Of a stretch of 64,000 nucleotides of DNA, positions 59,398 through 64,000 are shown in pieces. A program made the translations under genes and the position numbers. This stretch comes from Desulfomonilia bacterium (lineage in GTDB: Bacteria > Desulfobacterota > Desulfomonilia > UBA1062): contig CAXXDQ010000003.1 of the NCBI GenBank assembly GCA_963664325.2, positions 1,078,563 through 1,142,562 of the forward strand, in the 5' to 3' direction. The notes beneath the pieces were generated by a model that searched no databases, was not told the DNA's origin, and saw only the letters and a program-made list of their open reading frames with translations. How positions within the stretch are numbered: the first letter of the stretch is position 1; the number at the start of each line of letters is the position of its first letter.

Positions 59398-61134
59398 ATG
59401 CACTATGACCTCATCATCTGTAACGGGACCATTGTTGATGGAAGCGGTAAAAAAAGATTCACTGGCGATATAGCCGTCAAGGACAAAAGAATCGCTGAAA
59501 TAGGCAGTCTCGCAGGTGCAACGGCGGACATCGAGATCGACGCCGCAAAAAAGGTGGTCTGTCCCGGTTTTATCGACATACATTCGCATATCGATTTTAC
59601 CGTTGCCGGCGAGAATCATGCGGACTTGCTCAAGCCCCTTATTATGCAGGGGGTGACGACCGTGGTCGGCGGCAATTGCGGTTTTTCAAGCTGTTATGTC
59701 CCGGACAAAAACCGCGACATGACATTGACCTATCTGGAGAACCTTTCGGGACAGTCGCAAAAGGAGATCGTTGACTGGCGGACGCCCGCGGAATTCTTCA
59801 GCAGGCTCGAAAGCAAGGGAATACTTGTGAACCTGGGCACGCTGGTAGGGCACGGTTCCCTGAGGATAGCGGCTTCAGGCCTGGTTACAAGGCTGCTTGA
59901 ACCCGATGAGATGTCCCTGATGGAACGGTACCTTGAAGAGTCTCTGGAAATGGGTTGCCTCGGGCTTTCCACCGGGCTGCAGTATTTCCCCGGACTTCAG
60001 AGCGATACTGAGGAACTGACCAGGCTTGGCGCCATCGTTAAACGCATCGGCGGGATATTCACCTCGCACATGCGAAGCTATTCCCATACCATAGATAAGT
60101 CGATCGACGAGGTGAGCGAAGTCGGCAGGCGCAGCGGCATCCCGGTTCAGATATCGCACCTCTACTGGCAGCCGTATTCAAAGGGACTGGGATGGGTAAC
60201 CAGAAATGCCATAAAATTCGGTTCCTTTGCCTACAACAAAATGAACATTCCCATACCGATAGAAAAGGGGTTGGCGAAGATAATAGGCATGATTGACGCT
60301 AAACGAAACCAGGGCGTGGACATGGCCTTTGACCTCGTGCCCACCTCCCAGGGGTTTACCGAACTGTTCGCCTTTCTGCCGCCTTACGTTTCGCAGGGCA
60401 GCAAGTCCGAGGCGCTTGAGAGACTGGCAGATGCCGGTTTCAGAAAGAAGGTCTTGTACGACATTTTCAATGTGGAGCCTGACTGGCCTCACAGGGACGG
60501 TGCAACATGGTCTTTCAACTACCTCAAAATGACCGGATGGGAAGGCCTGCGAGTTATGGCCGTTATGACCCCGGAAAACAACTGGATGGAAGGCCTGACC
60601 TTTGAGGAGATAGGGAAGTCTCTCGGGAAGGAGCCTTTTGACGCCCTGTGCGACCTGTTGATCAATGAAAAAGGCCAGGTCATGGTTTTTCATACCCCGC
60701 TCAAGCCCGACGACCCGTTTGCGTTCCGTTCCATGTGGCTGGGGTTCATGCATCCGTTCTCAGTTCCGGCAACTGATACCATTCTCAGGCCCATCGGGAG
60801 GCCGGCTCATGTGTTCTATGACTGTTTCCCGCGCTTCATTTCATTTTTCGCAAAAGACAGGCCCATGATGACGCTTGAAGAGGCGGTGCGCAAGACCACG
60901 TCCCTGCCGGCAGCCATCATGCGCATAAAGAACAGGGGTGTCCTTGAAAAAGGCGCGTTTGCCGACATAACAATATTCGATTTTGATAAACTTGCTACAA
61001 AGGCAAACTTTTATAAACCGGATGTATACCCGGACGGCATCGAGACCGTAATCATCAACGGCAGACCCGTCCTATTTTCTGGCCAGTTCAATAAAGATGT
61101 TCTTGCGGGTGCCGTCATAAGGGGTAATGAGTAA
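59398..61134 (+). CDS. N-acyl-D-amino-acid deacylase (D-aminoacylase) family amidohydrolase
   Basis: 578 aa. YDLIICNGTIVDGSG...VCPGFIDIHSHID N-terminus and a C-terminal ...GAFADITIFD block typical of the family. Confidence 0.75.
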   Translation: MHYDLIICNGTIVDGSGKKRFTGDIAVKDKRIAEIGSLAGATADIEIDAAKKVVCPGFIDIHSHIDFTVAGENHADLLKPLIMQGVTTVVGGNCGFSSCYVPDKNRDMTLTYLENLSGQSQKEIVDWRTPAEFFSRLESKGILVNLGTLVGHGSLRIAASGLVTRLLEPDEMSLMERYLEESLEMGCLGLSTGLQYFPGLQSDTEELTRLGAIVKRIGGIFTSHMRSYSHTIDKSIDEVSEVGRRSGIPVQISHLYWQPYSKGLGWVTRNAIKFGSFAYNKMNIPIPIEKGLAKIIGMIDAKRNQGVDMAFDLVPTSQGFTELFAFLPPYVSQGSKSEALERLADAGFRKKVLYDIFNVEPDWPHRDGATWSFNYLKMTGWEGLRVMAVMTPENNWMEGLTFEEIGKSLGKEPFDALCDLLINEKGQVMVFHTPLKPDDPFAFRSMWLGFMHPFSVPATDTILRPIGRPAHVFYDCFPRFISFFAKDRPMMTLEEAVRKTTSLPAAIMRIKNRGVLEKGAFADITIFDFDKLATKANFYKPDVYPDGIETVIINGRPVLFSGQFNKDVLAGAVIRGNE

Positions 61135-61151
61135 AACGTTAGTGGGAAGGG

Positions 61152-61991
61152 GTGAAGATTATGCGAAATCTGCAGGGTAAAACGGCTATCGTAACCGGGG
61201 CGGCAGGCGGCATAGGGACACAGGTCGCAAGGCTTTTTAATTTAAAAGGTATAAACCTGGTGCTTACCGACATCAATAAGGCAGGTCTTGAGAAGACCGC
61301 AGGACAGGTTTCCGGCTCACCGCTTCTTTTTGCTTGCGACATCACGGATAAAAATGAAGTTAGAAACCTTGTAACCGGGTCAGTGAAACGTTTCGGGACC
61401 GTCGACATTCTGGTGAACAATGCAGGCATAATCATCCCCTCCCTGTTTGAGGACAGCTCTTATGAAGATATCGAAAAACAGCTCAGGATAAATTTCATGG
61501 GGGCCCTAACGTGTTCGCGGGAGGTGATCCCTGTAATGAAAAAGGCCGGCAGCGGGCATATAGCAACCGTGTCATCAATGGCCGGGATCGTGCCGGAGAC
61601 CTACAGTTCCATATATACGGCCACCAAATTCGCGCTCAGGGGATTTAACCTGACTCTAAATTGCGAGCTGAAAAAACACAAGATAGGCGTGTCCACAATA
61701 TTCCCGGATTCCGTTGCTACGCCCATGCTCCGCTATGAGGCCAGCCACGGCGGCTCGCCGCTCACCTTCCTTTCTCCGCCGCAGGAGCCGGTGGTCGTGG
61801 CTCAGGCCATTCTTAAGGCCATATTGAAGAACAAGGCCGAGATATATTGCCCGACTTCCACTGGTGTATTCTCAAAGGCCATTATGTGCTGGCCGTGGGC
61901 CGTGACAAAGATATGGCCGGTTCTCGAATATATGGGCAACAGAAACAGGCCCGTTGTTGAAAAGAAACTCATGGAAACGATCCCTGAATGA
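61152..61991 (+). CDS. SDR-family oxidoreductase
   Basis: KTAIVTGAAGGIG (TGxxxGxG), NNAG and YTATK (YxxxK). The start may be the ATG at 61161. Confidence 0.85.
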   Translation: MKIMRNLQGKTAIVTGAAGGIGTQVARLFNLKGINLVLTDINKAGLEKTAGQVSGSPLLFACDITDKNEVRNLVTGSVKRFGTVDILVNNAGIIIPSLFEDSSYEDIEKQLRINFMGALTCSREVIPVMKKAGSGHIATVSSMAGIVPETYSSIYTATKFALRGFNLTLNCELKKHKIGVSTIFPDSVATPMLRYEASHGGSPLTFLSPPQEPVVVAQAILKAILKNKAEIYCPTSTGVFSKAIMCWPWAVTKIWPVLEYMGNRNRPVVEKKLMETIPE

Positions 61992-62077
61992 AAAGGGGAA
62001 GACAAAATAGAATATATAATTGATTCCGGCAACGGATTGACCTGGCCTAAGTAGAAGATATTGACCGGTCACATGTT

Positions 62078-62755
62078 ATGAAATACCGGAATCAAAACGC
62101 CAAACACCGTGGAGATGATATGCAGCCGACTTTTCTCAAACTTCCCGGCAACCGGCAGGAAACAATTTTGGATGCCGCGGCCGGGGTGTTTGCCGAGATG
62201 GGGTACAGCGGGTCGAATATTCCGAGCATATGCAAAAGGGCCGGGATTTCAACGGGCGCCCTGTATAAATATTTCAAGAACAAGGAAGCGCTCTTCCGTG
62301 CCGTTCTCGATCATGGCGTGGACATAATCCATTCCTATTACGACAACTTCGAAACAGGCGGGCGCCCGGTCTTTGATTCAATAAGGGACCTGTTTTACCT
62401 GCAGACGCCGTTTGCCGGGAAATACCGTTCATATCTCATCATATACATAGATATAGGCAGCTCTTCCATGAACGCCGTTACCGATTATATATCGGACCGT
62501 GTGGAGAATATAGGGCGCGATTTTTTTTATAAACTTGTTAAAGAGGGAAAAAAGCGGGGCGAGATTAATAAACGCATAGACAGCATGCACGCTGCCTATA
62601 TGATCGACAACTATGTTACACTTAATGTCTATTCCCTGGTGTCCGAGCACTACCGCAAGCGGTTTGACCGTTTTTTCAGCAGGGTAAGCCGTGATCTGAG
62701 CCAGGAGCAGAGGATAGACCTGATAATAAAATCCTTAAAGATGTTTCTTGAATAA
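62078..62755 (+). CDS. TetR/AcrR-family transcriptional regulator
   Basis: N-terminal HTH ILDAAAGVFAEMGYSGSNIPSICKRAGISTGALYKYFKNKEALF. The start may be the ATG at 62120. Confidence 0.85.
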   Translation: MKYRNQNAKHRGDDMQPTFLKLPGNRQETILDAAAGVFAEMGYSGSNIPSICKRAGISTGALYKYFKNKEALFRAVLDHGVDIIHSYYDNFETGGRPVFDSIRDLFYLQTPFAGKYRSYLIIYIDIGSSSMNAVTDYISDRVENIGRDFFYKLVKEGKKRGEINKRIDSMHAAYMIDNYVTLNVYSLVSEHYRKRFDRFFSRVSRDLSQEQRIDLIIKSLKMFLE

Positions 62756-62830
62756 CCTTGACAGGAAATCTCCAGATATATTTCATATTAGCAGAGATAA
62801 CGCGTCAGGTTCTTATATGAGGAGGCAGGC

Positions 62831-64000
62831 ATGGCCGGGATGATGAGTGCACGCCAGTACGAGGAAAGCCTGAGAAGGCTCAGGCTCAATGTTTTCATGT
62901 TCGGAAAAAAGGTTACCGGCATAGTCGACGATCCGATAATACGTCCGTCGATGAATGCCGTAGCCGCCACCTATGAATATGCCGGCAGGCCCGAGTATGA
63001 AAAAATACTAACCGCCACCTCACACCTGAGCGGAAAGAAGATCAGCCGTTTCACCCACATCCACCAGAGCACTGAGGATCTGATCAAAAAGAGCAAAATG
63101 GGGCGTCTGCTGGGATCGCTCACCGCCTGCTGCTTCCAGAGGTGCGTGGGGATGGACGCCATGAACGCTTTATCCATCACCACTCATGCAATCGATGAAA
63201 AATGCGGAACTGAATACAACAGGCGCTTCCTCAGATTCCTTGAATATGTCCAGGAAAACGACCTTGTCTGCGACGGGGCCATGACCGACCCAAAGGGCGA
63301 CCGTTCACTGCCGCCCGGCAAACAGCCTGACCCTGATGCCTTCCTGCATATCGTGGAAGAACTGCCGGACGGTATTGTCGTAAGCGGTGCAAAGGCTCAC
63401 CAGACCGGTGCTGTGAATTCGCATGAAATAATAGTCATGCCCACGATCACCATGAGGGAGGAAGACAGGAACTATGCGGTTTCATTTGCTCTGCCTAGCG
63501 ATGCGGAGGGGATCACCTACATCATAGGCCGCCAGTCGTGTGATACCAGGAAACTCGAGAGCGCGGGCTTTGACCGCGGCAACATGTTCTATGGCGGTCA
63601 TGAGGCACTGGTGGTCTTCGACAGGGTGTTTGTGCCCTGGGAACGTGTTTTCATGAAGGGGGAGTGCGAATTTACGACGCAGCTGGTTGAGAACTTTGCC
63701 GCCTACCACCGCCAGAGCTACGCGTGCAAGGTGGGTGTAGGAGATGTCCTGATCGGCGCCGCCCAGACGGCGGCCGAATATAACGGCGCCGAAAAGGCAT
63801 CCCATGTCAGAGACAAGATAATCGAGATGAACCACCTGAACGAAACCCTTTACTGCGGCTGCATCGCCTGCGCGGCGGAAGGCGGGAGGCAGCCCGGCGG
63901 GACATACCTTGTCGACCTCCTGCTTGCAAATGTGCACAAACAGAACATTACCCGGCTGCCCTATGAGATTGCAAGGCTTGCCCAGGATATTGCCGGCGGG
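62831..64000 (+). CDS. 4-hydroxybutyryl-CoA dehydratase/vinylacetyl-CoA isomerase-like protein (AbfD/HpaB superfamily), 3' end truncated by the window edge
   Basis: Open frame from the ATG at 62831 (GAGGAGG upstream) to the right edge, 390 codons, so not in the ORF track. MTDPKGDRSL plus CFQRC (CxxxC) and HRQSYAC motifs fit Fe-S AbfD-type enzymes. The subfamily call is tentative. Confidence 0.75.
   Translation, partial: MAGMMSARQYEESLRRLRLNVFMFGKKVTGIVDDPIIRPSMNAVAATYEYAGRPEYEKILTATSHLSGKKISRFTHIHQSTEDLIKKSKMGRLLGSLTACCFQRCVGMDAMNALSITTHAIDEKCGTEYNRRFLRFLEYVQENDLVCDGAMTDPKGDRSLPPGKQPDPDAFLHIVEELPDGIVVSGAKAHQTGAVNSHEIIVMPTITMREEDRNYAVSFALPSDAEGITYIIGRQSCDTRKLESAGFDRGNMFYGGHEALVVFDRVFVPWERVFMKGECEFTTQLVENFAAYHRQSYACKVGVGDVLIGAAQTAAEYNGAEKASHVRDKIIEMNHLNETLYCGCIACAAEGGRQPGGTYLVDLLLANVHKQNITRLPYEIARLAQDIAGG

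Noticed and set aside
63482-63937. 151-aa minus-strand ORF near the right edge.
   Set aside because: It is antisense to the open AbfD-like frame, which carries clear family motifs.

Overview
This 64-kb window looks chromosomal, from a sigma-54-rich, probably anaerobic bacterium. Gene content is Desulfobacterota-like, but that is inference only. I saw no CRISPR array, transposase, integrase or complete rRNA gene.

The left ~20 kb looks like an accessory cell-surface and sensing island:
- Two head-to-tail paralogous giant lipoprotein genes built from ~92-aa PKD/Ig-like repeats, with 18 repeats in the complete copy.
- A 0.95-kb very AT-rich control region with direct repeats and a near-consensus -24/-12 (sigma-54) promoter.
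- A peptidase-M19-like lipoprotein.
- A PKD + beta-propeller lipoprotein whose frame is broken at a G11 homopolymer.
- An intact hybrid histidine kinase, followed by a larger, multiply frameshifted paralog that keeps a ~0.74-kb nearly identical kinase core.

The rest of the window, in order:
- The conserved block rplU-rpmA-obg-proB-proA-nadD-rsfS-rlmH on the minus strand.
- An orphan poly-Gly lipoprotein.
- comEC followed by a minor-pilin/PilY1 operon.
- A DUF218 protein, an ADP-forming acyl-CoA synthetase, a small internally duplicated Cys protein and an MBL hydrolase.
- A PAS/GAF kinase, a PBP-like transpeptidase, tRNA-Pro(GGG) and a DEAD-box helicase.
- An NtrB/NtrC-like pair, followed by a palindromic UAS and a -24/-12 promoter in front of two tiny membrane proteins.
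- A heparinase II/III-like lipoprotein.
- A divergent dnaA with no adjacent dnaN.
- A short relic resembling the 5' end of 16S rRNA.
- An AraC/TetR-bracketed catabolic cluster that ends in a partial 4-hydroxybutyryl-CoA dehydratase-like gene.

All functional calls come from reading motifs by eye. No database search was possible.
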